Assembly (NCBI GenBank): GCA_041481895.1
Contig: JBGPCQ010000016.1
Coordinates: 1-31,967, forward strand
From: Geobacteraceae bacterium
GTDB lineage: Bacteria > Desulfobacterota > Desulfuromonadia > Geobacterales > Geobacteraceae
Length of the DNA stretch: 31,967 nucleotides
Direction: 5' to 3'
Shown here piece by piece: positions 9,881 through 18,036 of the stretch. The notes under the pieces are model-generated. The model searched no databases. It had not been told where the DNA came from and saw nothing but the letters and a program-made list of their open reading frames with translations. Each line of letters starts with the position of its first letter. The stretch's first letter is position 1. The position numbers and the translations under genes were made by a program.

Positions 9881-11188
9881 ATGAGCAATAAAATCGGCGA
9901 ATTGCTGGTCAAGGAAGGCGCGATCACCCGGAAACAGCTTGAGGAAGCCCTCAAGTGCCAGGTAATTTTCGGCGGCAGGCTCGGGACCAATCTCGTCGAA
10001 ATGGGATTTATCGACGAGCAGACACTTGTCGAGAACCTGAGCAAGCAGCTTGAGGTGCCGTTCGTCACCGTCGAACAACTCATGTCAGTGCCCGCCGAAG
10101 TGATCAATCTTATCCCCAGGGAACTTGCGGAAGAGTATAAGATCATCCCCCTGAGCCTGGACAAAAAAAGGCTCACCGTAGCCATCTGGGACCCCTCCGA
10201 CCTTGCTGCCATCGATGCGGTCTCGTTCATTACCGGCTACATCATCAGGCCGCTGGTCTGTTCGGAATTGAGGCTGCTCCTGGCACTGGAACAGTACTAT
10301 GGAATTAAACGGGAGGTGCGTTATATACAAATGAAAGGGGGGACCGGAACCCGTTCGCGGGAAGACGCCCCTGACATGCGGGGAGTAACTGCTTCCGGGA
10401 GCGAGGAACTTGAGCCTTCACCGTTCGAAGATATGATGGATGAGCTTCCACCGCCCCCTCCAGGCGGAACCGGGGAAACCGGTTCCGCCTGGGGAGACCT
10501 GGTCGATATCAGGCCGCCGGATACGGCCCAGGGGCCCCTCCTGAAAAGGAAACTTCCCGAACCGGCTCCTGACGTCCAACCCGCAGTAGAGCGCGGCCCG
10601 GTACCCCCTGAGGAGCCGGTGAAAGACGCACGACAGAGTCTGCCGCCTGTACCAAAGGCCACCCCCACCCCATCCGCAGTCGCGCCCATGGAGCCGGAAA
10701 CGTCTCCTGCCGATACCCTCCTCACCAGGCTTGCGGAAGCCGGCAGCAGAGATGCGATTGCTGATGCGCTGGTCGGCTACCTGGGGCGGGATTTCGAAAG
10801 AGTCGCCCTCTTCATGGTAAAAGGGAGAATTGCCGTGGGGTGGAAGGGGCATTCGAAAAATGTGCCGATCACGGGCTTTGATCATCTCCATGTCCCGCTC
10901 GACGAACCTACCCTGCTGAGAGTAGTGGTGGATACGAAAAACTTTTATCTCGGCCCGATCCTGGATTCTCCCGGCAATGCAAGGATTCTGGCCGGGCTCG
11001 GCGGGGGAGAGCCGGATTCGGTTCTCCTCATCCCTCTCATGATGATGGAAAGGGTGGTGACGGTTTTTTATCTGGACGGCGATAAGGGGTTGCTCGGGAA
11101 AAAACTCTTCGAGTTGCAGAAAATAATCGGCAAGGCGTCGCTGGCTTTCGAAATCCTGATCCTGAAGAACAAGATACTGCTTGCGTAG
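9881..11188 (+). CDS. MshEN/GspE N-terminal domain protein without ATPase domain, with proline-rich linker and C-terminal GAF-like region
   Basis: KIGELLVKEGAITRKQLEEALKCQ and GGRLGTNLVEMGFIDEQTLVENLSKQLEVPFVT are the repeated MshEN half-motifs. A Pro-rich linker (residues about 170-280) follows. No Walker A motif in 435 aa. Confidence 0.8.
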   Translation: MSNKIGELLVKEGAITRKQLEEALKCQVIFGGRLGTNLVEMGFIDEQTLVENLSKQLEVPFVTVEQLMSVPAEVINLIPRELAEEYKIIPLSLDKKRLTVAIWDPSDLAAIDAVSFITGYIIRPLVCSELRLLLALEQYYGIKREVRYIQMKGGTGTRSREDAPDMRGVTASGSEELEPSPFEDMMDELPPPPPGGTGETGSAWGDLVDIRPPDTAQGPLLKRKLPEPAPDVQPAVERGPVPPEEPVKDARQSLPPVPKATPTPSAVAPMEPETSPADTLLTRLAEAGSRDAIADALVGYLGRDFERVALFMVKGRIAVGWKGHSKNVPITGFDHLHVPLDEPTLLRVVVDTKNFYLGPILDSPGNARILAGLGGGEPDSVLLIPLMMMERVVTVFYLDGDKGLLGKKLFELQKIIGKASLAFEILILKNKILLA

Positions 11189-11217
11189 AGCTTACACCAT
11201 ATTGAGGGCAGTGGTCT

Positions 11218-11256
11218 GCATAAAGGCCTTACAGGAAATCTGTAAGGCCTTTATGC
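11218..11256. terminator. Perfect 17-bp stem, 5-nt loop; probable terminator or RNA 3' hairpin
   Basis: GCATAAAGGCCTTACAG-gaaat-CTGTAAGGCCTTTATGC, 30 nt downstream of the 11188 stop. The U-tract is weak. Confidence 0.65.
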
Positions 11257-11412
11257 GTATGGGTGCGGAGAAAGTATGTGAACCTCAGACCTTCATGTAA
11301 GATTGCATTATTGCATGAGGTAGGATGGGAAAAATTGACACCAAAGTGGTAATTTGAGCCGACAGGAGGTGTCCAGATGAAAAAAGTACCGAACGGACGC
11401 AACACGTGGCAG

Positions 11413-11520
11413 TTATTTCTTCTTTTCATCCTTTTTGATCTTTTTTTCGGCCTTTTTTTCCTTCGGGGTTTTTGCCGGTTCCTTTTTGGAGGTCTTCTTG
11501 CTGTCCTGGCCTTTGCTCAT
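11413..11520 (-). CDS. Small Lys-rich basic peptide (35 aa), not in the supplied ORF track
   Basis: Reverse-strand reading gives MSKGQDSKKTSKKEPAKTPKEKKAEKKIKKDEKKK*, with TAAGGAG 7-8 nt upstream of the ATG. It lies 37 nt downstream of the S1-gene stop codon. Confidence 0.55.
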   Translation of the reverse strand: MSKGQDSKKTSKKEPAKTPKEKKAEKKIKKDEKKK

Positions 11521-11557
11521 GATGTTGTCTCCTTATCATTGAGGTTATGCTGCGTAC

Positions 11558-12781
11558 TCATTCCGCCTGTTTCTTCTTCCGCTCCATCTTCGCCTTCAGG
11601 AGGTCACCCAGGGTCCCCATTCCTCTGGGGCCTTCTTCCGTGCTTTTCCTGAACGCTTCCAAGGTCTCCGCAGCCTCTGCCTCCTCCCGGCTCACGTCGG
11701 CCAGGGAAAGGGAGAGACGCTTGTTCTCCCGGTCAACCGCTTCGATCTTCACCTCCAGCAGCTCACCTTCCTTCACCACCTCGCGCGGGTGGCTGATGCG
11801 CTTGCCCGCACCAAGCTTGGAGATATGGATCAGGCCGTCCACTCCCTCCCCGAGGGTTACAAAGGCACCGAAAGTCATTAATCGCGCCACCACCCCCTTA
11901 TGGTACGATCCGACGGGGAATTTTTCGACAACCTTGTCCCACGGGTTGGCCAGGGTATCTTTCAGGCTGAAGGAAAAACGGTCGTTCTCCCAGTCAATCC
12001 GCTTGATCACTACATCGACCTCCTGTCCGACTGAGAGGAACTCGCCGATTTCCTCCACCCTGCCCCAGGCGATTTCCGAAATCGGGATCAACCCTTCAAT
12101 GCCGTCAATAGAGACAAAGGCGCCAAAATCACGGATCGAGGTGATCGTCCCCTTGACCGTCATTCCCTCGCTGAGGGTCCCGCGCAGGCGTTCCCGTTGC
12201 TGCAGTCGCTCCTCTTCCTGAAGCGCCCGGTGGGAAACGACGATATTTCGCCCGTTCTCGGCGTATTCACTGATCTTGAACGCAAGGTGCTTGCCGACGA
12301 ACTGGGTGTTGTCCTCCACCCTTCCCAAGGAAATCTGGGAAAAGGGGCAGAAAGCGCGGACGCTCCCGCCGATCTTTATCTCATAGCCCCCTTTGATGAC
12401 TTTCTCGACAATGCCTTCCACCGGGATGCCGCTCCGCCATGCTTCCTCCAGTTGGGCATTGCCGCTGCCGGAAGACCCGCCGCCGAGCTTCATGGTGAAG
12501 CGCATTTCATTATTGGTGGAGGAAAGGAACCAGGCCGTTACCAGGTCACCTTCTTTGACCGTGAGATTGCCGTCCGCATCAAGGAGTTCCTTTTTATCCA
12601 GGACCCCTTCTCCCTTCCTCCCCGTATCGAGAAAGATCCAGTCACCGCTGATTTTCAGAACTCTGACTTCCACCTTCTGTCCCGGTTCCAGCCAGTCGCC
12701 CTCCGCTGCACTCTGCTCAAAAAGTTTCGCAAAACTCTCTTCATCGGCAACGCCGTTCTCTTCATCATGTTTTTTGTCCAT
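11558..12781 (-). CDS. S1 RNA-binding domain protein (30S ribosomal protein S1-like, four S1 repeats)
   Basis: Four S1 modules, e.g. GMTVKGTITSIRDFGAFVSIDGIEGLIPISEIAW and GSYHKGVVARLMTFGAFVTLGEGVDGLIHISKL. Only 407 aa. Confidence 0.92.
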   Translation of the reverse strand: MDKKHDEENGVADEESFAKLFEQSAAEGDWLEPGQKVEVRVLKISGDWIFLDTGRKGEGVLDKKELLDADGNLTVKEGDLVTAWFLSSTNNEMRFTMKLGGGSSGSGNAQLEEAWRSGIPVEGIVEKVIKGGYEIKIGGSVRAFCPFSQISLGRVEDNTQFVGKHLAFKISEYAENGRNIVVSHRALQEEERLQQRERLRGTLSEGMTVKGTITSIRDFGAFVSIDGIEGLIPISEIAWGRVEEIGEFLSVGQEVDVVIKRIDWENDRFSFSLKDTLANPWDKVVEKFPVGSYHKGVVARLMTFGAFVTLGEGVDGLIHISKLGAGKRISHPREVVKEGELLEVKIEAVDRENKRLSLSLADVSREEAEAAETLEAFRKSTEEGPRGMGTLGDLLKAKMERKKKQAE

Positions 12782-12828
12782 AACCCCATCCGACCTGCAA
12801 GATAATTAAACCTGTAAACTGTAATCTA

Positions 12829-12947
12829 CCACGAAGGACATGAAGGAACACAAAGAAAATCGAAAGGATACTTAGGGTTTAAAAATAAATTTTTGCTTAC
12901 TCCTGTTCTTAAGGTTTAACCTTCGCGCCCCTTCGTGTCCTTCGTGG
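12829..12947. repeat. Imperfect palindromic intergenic repeat (CCACGAAGGACA...TGTCCTTCGTGG type)
   Basis: CCACGAAGGACATGAAGGAACACAAAG is inverted relative to CTTCGCGCCCCTTCGTGTCCTTCGTGG, flanking a TTAAGGTTTAACC-containing core. Confidence 0.8.
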
Positions 12948-12990
12948 ATAAAAGCCTTTCATGTTCAAATGGTTATTTAAAAGATAATGC

Positions 12991-13689
12991 CTATTTTTTT
13001 TCGTCGAAGACCGTCACCTTGCCGTCATCCAGATCGTACTTGGCCGCCACAATCTTCAGCTTGCCTTCCTTCACCATTTCCCGAATAATTTTGGACTGCT
13101 TCGTCAGATTCTGCGCCACCATATTCGCGTTCTCAGCGACAACACACTCGACCAGCTTTTCCTTGTCCTTCAGATCGCAGTTTTTGTCTTTTTTCGCTTT
13201 TTTCAGGGCAGGCGCAATGGCTTTGACAATGGCGCCTATGTTCCCTTCACCTTTACCGTTCGCATCGACGGTGGCCTTGACCGCCCCGCACCGTTCGTGA
13301 CCGAGAACCATGACCAGAGGGGAGCCGAGGTGTTCGGCGGCATATTCGATGCTCCCCAGGACGATCGGATCAGGCACATTGCCGGCGACCCGGACGACGA
13401 ATATTTCGCCGAGGCTCTTGTCGAAGATAATCTCGGGCGGTACACGCGAGTCGGAACAGGAGAGGATGATGGCATACGGCTTCTGCCCCCTGGCCAGTTT
13501 CTCTCTGGCAGCGGCGGTGGTTTCCCCGCAGGCGTTCATTTTGCTTTCTACATAGCGCTTGTTGCCGTCGATAAGCCTGTTAAGCGCCTCGTCAGCGGTA
13601 ATCCCCGCCCCGCCGGACGAAGCGAGCGCAAGTGCGCCAAACAGTGATGCGACAGCGACAACCGCTGAAATACAACCAAGCTTCTTCAT
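12991..13689 (-). CDS. Beta-carbonic anhydrase with N-terminal signal peptide
   Basis: MKKLGCISAVVAVASLFGALALASS signal sequence; zinc motifs CSDSRVPPEIIFD and GHERCGAVKA. Confidence 0.93.
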   Translation of the reverse strand: MKKLGCISAVVAVASLFGALALASSGGAGITADEALNRLIDGNKRYVESKMNACGETTAAAREKLARGQKPYAIILSCSDSRVPPEIIFDKSLGEIFVVRVAGNVPDPIVLGSIEYAAEHLGSPLVMVLGHERCGAVKATVDANGKGEGNIGAIVKAIAPALKKAKKDKNCDLKDKEKLVECVVAENANMVAQNLTKQSKIIREMVKEGKLKIVAAKYDLDDGKVTVFDEKK

Positions 13690-13808
13690 AGTGACCCTCC
13701 CGGAAATATATTAATATTTTTTTATTATCACCATCCTGCGCTGCGGTCAACCTCAAACTTCCCCGACGTACCGCTGTCGTCAGGAGGATACAACCGCGGG
13801 GCGGCGTC

Positions 13809-14345
13809 TCACGAATCCTTCAGGGTGCATTCCCGCTCCCATGCAAAATAACCGTCCCCTTTGATTGCCCAGAAAGAATCGATGCGGCCCGCGTAAAAGT
13901 CAATGTCAGCAGACTCCTTCTCTACCTCCGCAAGGTATTCCGCCGAGATGAGATCACGGGACCGGAGAAAACGGCAGAAGGCGCTGACCCCTTCCAGGTG
14001 ACCGGCAAGCTGGGCAATAGATGGTTCCAGGGTGTTCACGATATACCAGTTGCCGGCAAACCGACGGGTAATGCCGGGCATTTCATCGAACAAGCTCCGC
14101 TGCATATATCCTACGACAAAATCGCGCACAAAATAGTCGGCGCCATTGGCGAGGAATGTCGCCTTTTCCGGAGTGACCCCCTCCTCCTGAAGCTGAAAGT
14201 AAAAGCGTCTCAGGATTTTTCCGTAGAGTTCATCAACCCGCAGTTCATCTTCGAGACTCTCCAACCTGAAATCGTCCTTGTTGACCGTCAACTCGCCTTC
14301 GAGTTCAGCAGATTCAATCATTGCCGCCTTCTCCTTGTAGCGCAC
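13809..14345 (-). CDS. Hypothetical protein (178 aa)
   Basis: Long ORF ending 9 nt from the permease gene on the same strand. Acidic, no family motif recognised. Confidence 0.7.
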   Translation of the reverse strand: MRYKEKAAMIESAELEGELTVNKDDFRLESLEDELRVDELYGKILRRFYFQLQEEGVTPEKATFLANGADYFVRDFVVGYMQRSLFDEMPGITRRFAGNWYIVNTLEPSIAQLAGHLEGVSAFCRFLRSRDLISAEYLAEVEKESADIDFYAGRIDSFWAIKGDGYFAWERECTLKDS

Positions 14346-14354
14346 ATAGAGGTA

Positions 14355-15209
14355 TCACCTGTTGAGCCGCGGATCGAGGGCGTCCCGTATCCCTTCGCCC
14401 AGGAGGTTGTAGGAAAGAACGGTAACAAGGATGGCCAGACCCGGGAAGAGCGACAGCCACCAGGCGAATTCGATATAGTCCTTGCCGGAAGTCAGGATAT
14501 TCCCCCAGCTCGGGGTCGGTGGCTGGACACCGATGCCGAGAAACGAAAGGGCTGACTCCGTAAGGATCGCCCCGGCGACCCCGAGTGTGGCGGAGACAAG
14601 GACCGGTGACATGGCATTGGGAAGGACATGCCGGAAAATAATACGGAAGTCCGATGCGCCCATGGCTCTCGCCGCCAGGACAAAGTCCCGTTCCCGGATG
14701 GACAGGACCTCCGCCCGGACGAGCCGGGCAACGCCCATCCACCCTGTCAGGCCGATTATTATCATGATATACCATATGGAAGGCTCAAGCATGGCGATCA
14801 CGGCTAGAATCAGGAAAAATGTGGGAAAACAGAGCATGATATCCACGAAACGCATGAGGACGCTGTCGAACCAGCCGCCGTAGTAGGCGGAGACGAGCCC
14901 GATAATCGTGCCGACCAGGACTGCGATACCCACTGCCACAAAGCCGACTTTCAGGGATATCTTTGCGCCGAACAGCACCCGCGTAAATACATCCCTCCCC
15001 AGTTCGTCGGTTCCGAACCAGTGGGCGGCCGACGGCGGCATCAGAACCTTATAGAGATCGAGGGCATCAGGATCATAGGGGGTTATCCATGGCGCCAGGA
15101 GAGAGATCAGGAAAAGGAGAACAACCACTCCCCCCCCTGCCACCGCGAAGCGGTTGTGGCGGATCCTCGGCCAGAATACCTGGTAAAAAAAACTCTCTTT
15201 CATCGACAT
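14355..15209 (-). CDS. Opp/Dpp-type ABC transporter permease (OppC/DppC-like)
   Basis: LFGTDELGRDVFTRVLFGAKISLKVGFVAVG and RAMGASDFRIIFRHVLPNAMSPVLV (EAA loop) ... ESALSFLGIGVQPPTPSWGNIL. Confidence 0.95.
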   Translation of the reverse strand: MSMKESFFYQVFWPRIRHNRFAVAGGGVVVLLFLISLLAPWITPYDPDALDLYKVLMPPSAAHWFGTDELGRDVFTRVLFGAKISLKVGFVAVGIAVLVGTIIGLVSAYYGGWFDSVLMRFVDIMLCFPTFFLILAVIAMLEPSIWYIMIIIGLTGWMGVARLVRAEVLSIRERDFVLAARAMGASDFRIIFRHVLPNAMSPVLVSATLGVAGAILTESALSFLGIGVQPPTPSWGNILTSGKDYIEFAWWLSLFPGLAILVTVLSYNLLGEGIRDALDPRLNR

Positions 15210-15253
15210 GAACTGAGCACCTTTAGTCTGGGTACTTAATAATTTCAGAATCC

Positions 15254-15371
15254 GAAATGCGAATTTTTCGCAAGGTCAAGGCGATCGAGGGATTGCGCGG
15301 AGGCGTAGCAAAGCTACGCCGCACAAGGAATCCCGAAGATCAACGCAGAGATTGCGGAAAAGTCACATTTC
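15254..15371 (+). repeat. Dispersed structured element, short divergent copy 3 (about 118 bp)
   Basis: GAAATGCGAATTTTTCGCAA pairs with TTGCGGAAAAGTCACATTTC. The shared core GATTGCGCGGAGGCGTAGC-aaa-GCTACGCCGCACAAG matches the cores of copies 1 and 2. Confidence 0.85.
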
Positions 15372-16352
15372 TCATCCTTGGCCCTGGCGTATGCGCGGGT
15401 CTGCCATGGCATACCCCACATCCGCCAGCAGGTTCCCCACCAGGGTGAGACATGCCCCTATCACCAGTATCCCCATGACGAGAGGGTAATCCCTCGACAT
15501 GACCCCCATGTAGAAGAGCTGGCCCATTCCGGGAATGGCGTAGATGGTCTCGAAGATCACGCTTCCGCCGATGAGACCGGGAATGGAGAACCCGAGCAGT
15601 GTTATAACCGGCAGCAGGGCATTTCTCAGGGCATGCTTATAAATGACCACCCGCTCGGGGAGACCCTTTGCTCTGGCTGTAGTAATATAATCCTGGCCTA
15701 TGACCTCGAGCATGGTGGAGCGCATGTAGCGCGAAAGTCCGGCCAGGCTTGAGAAGGTGGCTACAGAGACAGGGAGGATCAGGTGTTTTCCCATGTCCAG
15801 AAGCCATGTGAAGGTTCCGAAGCCCTCGCTGCCGAGAGAGTGGAGCCCGGAAATGGGCAACCAGGAGAGCTTAACACCGAAAAAGTACATGAGGAGCAGA
15901 GCCAGCCAGAATGTGGGAACCGCGAATCCTGCAAATACGAAAACCGTGATCGCTTTGTCGAGAGGGGTATTACGCCGGGTCGCGGCGAGGATACCGATCG
16001 GCACGGCAATTCCGAACTCCAGGATTAGGGCGATGATATTGAGGGAGAGCGTCACGGGAATACGCTCCTTGATTTTATCAATGACCTGCCGGTTGTCAGG
16101 GGCGAAGGAGCGGCCGAAATCAAGATGCGCAAGCCTTACCAGCCATTGTCCATACTGGACATGGAGCGGCTTGTCGAGACCGTAAAACTCCCTCATGCGC
16201 TGCCTGGCTTCGGCGCTGACTTTGGGGTTCATGGCGACCTGCATTTCCACCGGTTCCCCGGGGGCCAGGTGAATAACCGTAAAGGTTATCAGGGTAATTC
16301 CCAAGGCCAGCGGGACCATCATAAGGAATCGTTTTATCAGATACTGGGCCAT
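15372..16352 (-). CDS. Opp/Dpp-type ABC transporter permease (OppB/DppB-like)
   Basis: [34 protein letters not shown] and [27 protein letters not shown]...[18 protein letters not shown]. Confidence 0.96.
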   Translation of the reverse strand: MAQYLIKRFLMMVPLALGITLITFTVIHLAPGEPVEMQVAMNPKVSAEARQRMREFYGLDKPLHVQYGQWLVRLAHLDFGRSFAPDNRQVIDKIKERIPVTLSLNIIALILEFGIAVPIGILAATRRNTPLDKAITVFVFAGFAVPTFWLALLLMYFFGVKLSWLPISGLHSLGSEGFGTFTWLLDMGKHLILPVSVATFSSLAGLSRYMRSTMLEVIGQDYITTARAKGLPERVVIYKHALRNALLPVITLLGFSIPGLIGGSVIFETIYAIPGMGQLFYMGVMSRDYPLVMGILVIGACLTLVGNLLADVGYAMADPRIRQGQG

Positions 16353-16413
16353 GTAATATTCCGTATTACGAATTCCGGGTTATTGATGTTAATCCGAAGC
16401 TCGAAACCTGCTG

Positions 16414-18036
16414 TTAATGCATCTGTTCCTCTTTGGGCACATACCAGCGGATGAGATTGTACGAAATTCCCGCCGGGGCCGGCTCTATGCCGCGAAAACG
16501 GGCATTGACCACCGGAAGGGCATCGGGCACATAGAGAAAGGTATAGGGCTGCTCCTTGGCGAATATTTCCTGTATTCCGTAATAGCACTGTTTCCGCTTT
16601 TCCATGTCAAAGGTGCTGCGCCCCTCTTCCAGAAAATGATCAACCATACTGTTTTTGAAACCGATGAAATTGAGCTCCTTGGAGCCGGTTTTGCTCGAGT
16701 GCCACACATCGTAGATATCAGGATCCTGCCCGATGGTCCATCCCATGATGAGCGCCTCGAAATTACCCTTGTCAATAAACTGGCTCAGGAGCGATGCCCA
16801 TTCAATGACGCGAATTTTCACGTCTATGCCGATTTTTTTCAGGCGGCGCTGGATTATCTGAGCTGTCTTGAGCCGCTCGGAGTTCCCCTGGTTGGTCAGT
16901 ATGGTGAACTGGAACGGTTTGCCCCCCTTGACCAGGATACCATCAGGGTTGGTCTCTTTCCAGCCAGCCTCGGCCAGAAGCTGTTTCGCCCGTTCAGGGT
17001 TATAGTCAAAATCCTTGATGTGCGGATTCCAGGCCCAGGTACCCGGCTTGTAGGGGCCAGAGGCGATCTGCCCCATTCCGAGCAGAACCCCCTGGATGAT
17101 CTCTTCCTTGTTGATGGCAGAGGTCAGGGCCTGGCGCACCCGCCTGTCGGAAAAGAGGGGATGGCGAAGATTGTAGCCGAGATAGGTAAACGCGGAAGCA
17201 GGATAACGGTATTTGTTGAACCGGTCACGGAATTTCACGGTATTTGTCTGGCGCTGGTACTGGACCGGCGACAGCCCCATCATGTCGAGGGTCCCCGCTT
17301 TGAGTTCCATGTACATTGTAGAATTGTCGGGGATGATCCGATAGACGTAGCGGTCAATGTACGGCCGACCTTCGTAGTAATCATGATTGGATTCAAGCAC
17401 AAGCTTCTGCCCAGCCACCCATTCCTTGAAAACGTACGGGCCGGTTCCCACCGGATGGCGGGAAAGCCCGCTCTTGGTGATATCTTTCCCCTCAAGAAGA
17501 TGGGCCGGGAGTATGGACATTCCCCATGATTCCAGGGCCGGCGCGAAAGGCCTGGCATAGGTTACCCGGAAAGTATGCGTGGCTGGGGCTTCCGCATGTT
17601 GCACCTGCTTGAAGGCTTCCGCATAGGCAGTCGGAGTCTTGGGATCGATGGTGACAAGGTAGGTGAACAGGACGTCCCGGGAGGTAAATTCTGCGCCGTC
17701 GTGCCATTTCACCCCCTTGCGGAGGTGAAAGGTTATGGCCAGTCCGTCGGGGGATACTTCCCACGATTCTGCAAGGTCCCCTTCCAGCTTGAAGTCCTTG
17801 TCGTAACGGACGAGACCGTTGTAAATATGGCCGGCAACTTCGTGTGAAGGACTGTCGGAAGCCAAAAGAGGGATCATCGTCGAAGGTTCGCCGATTGAGC
17901 CGACGACCAGGGCATCACCGTATGCCGGCTTTCCAGGGCCTCGCATGACGGGTGCTGCCCTGTTACTGCCGCTGTCACACGCAACCTGCAGCACGAGCGA
18001 CAAAAGCACAAGGGGGGCGACCCACCCTCTCCTCAT
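16414..18036 (-). CDS. Extracellular solute-binding protein family 5 (peptide/nickel type), lipoprotein
   Basis: MRRGWVAPLVLLSLVLQVACDSGS lipobox; GDALVVGSIGEPSTMIPLLASDSPSHEVAGHIYNGLVRYDKDFKLEGDLAESWEVSPDGLAITFHLRKGVKWHDG. Confidence 0.96.
   Translation of the reverse strand: MRRGWVAPLVLLSLVLQVACDSGSNRAAPVMRGPGKPAYGDALVVGSIGEPSTMIPLLASDSPSHEVAGHIYNGLVRYDKDFKLEGDLAESWEVSPDGLAITFHLRKGVKWHDGAEFTSRDVLFTYLVTIDPKTPTAYAEAFKQVQHAEAPATHTFRVTYARPFAPALESWGMSILPAHLLEGKDITKSGLSRHPVGTGPYVFKEWVAGQKLVLESNHDYYEGRPYIDRYVYRIIPDNSTMYMELKAGTLDMMGLSPVQYQRQTNTVKFRDRFNKYRYPASAFTYLGYNLRHPLFSDRRVRQALTSAINKEEIIQGVLLGMGQIASGPYKPGTWAWNPHIKDFDYNPERAKQLLAEAGWKETNPDGILVKGGKPFQFTILTNQGNSERLKTAQIIQRRLKKIGIDVKIRVIEWASLLSQFIDKGNFEALIMGWTIGQDPDIYDVWHSSKTGSKELNFIGFKNSMVDHFLEEGRSTFDMEKRKQCYYGIQEIFAKEQPYTFLYVPDALPVVNARFRGIEPAPAGISYNLIRWYVPKEEQMH

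Noticed and set aside
11377-11652. 91-aa forward hydrophobic ORF MKKVPNGRNTWQLFLLFILFDLFFGLFF
   Set aside because: Its Phe/Leu richness is explained by being antisense to the Lys/Glu codons of the 35-aa ORF and the 3' end of the S1 gene. The ATG may be an IS-leader remnant, but coding is not supported.
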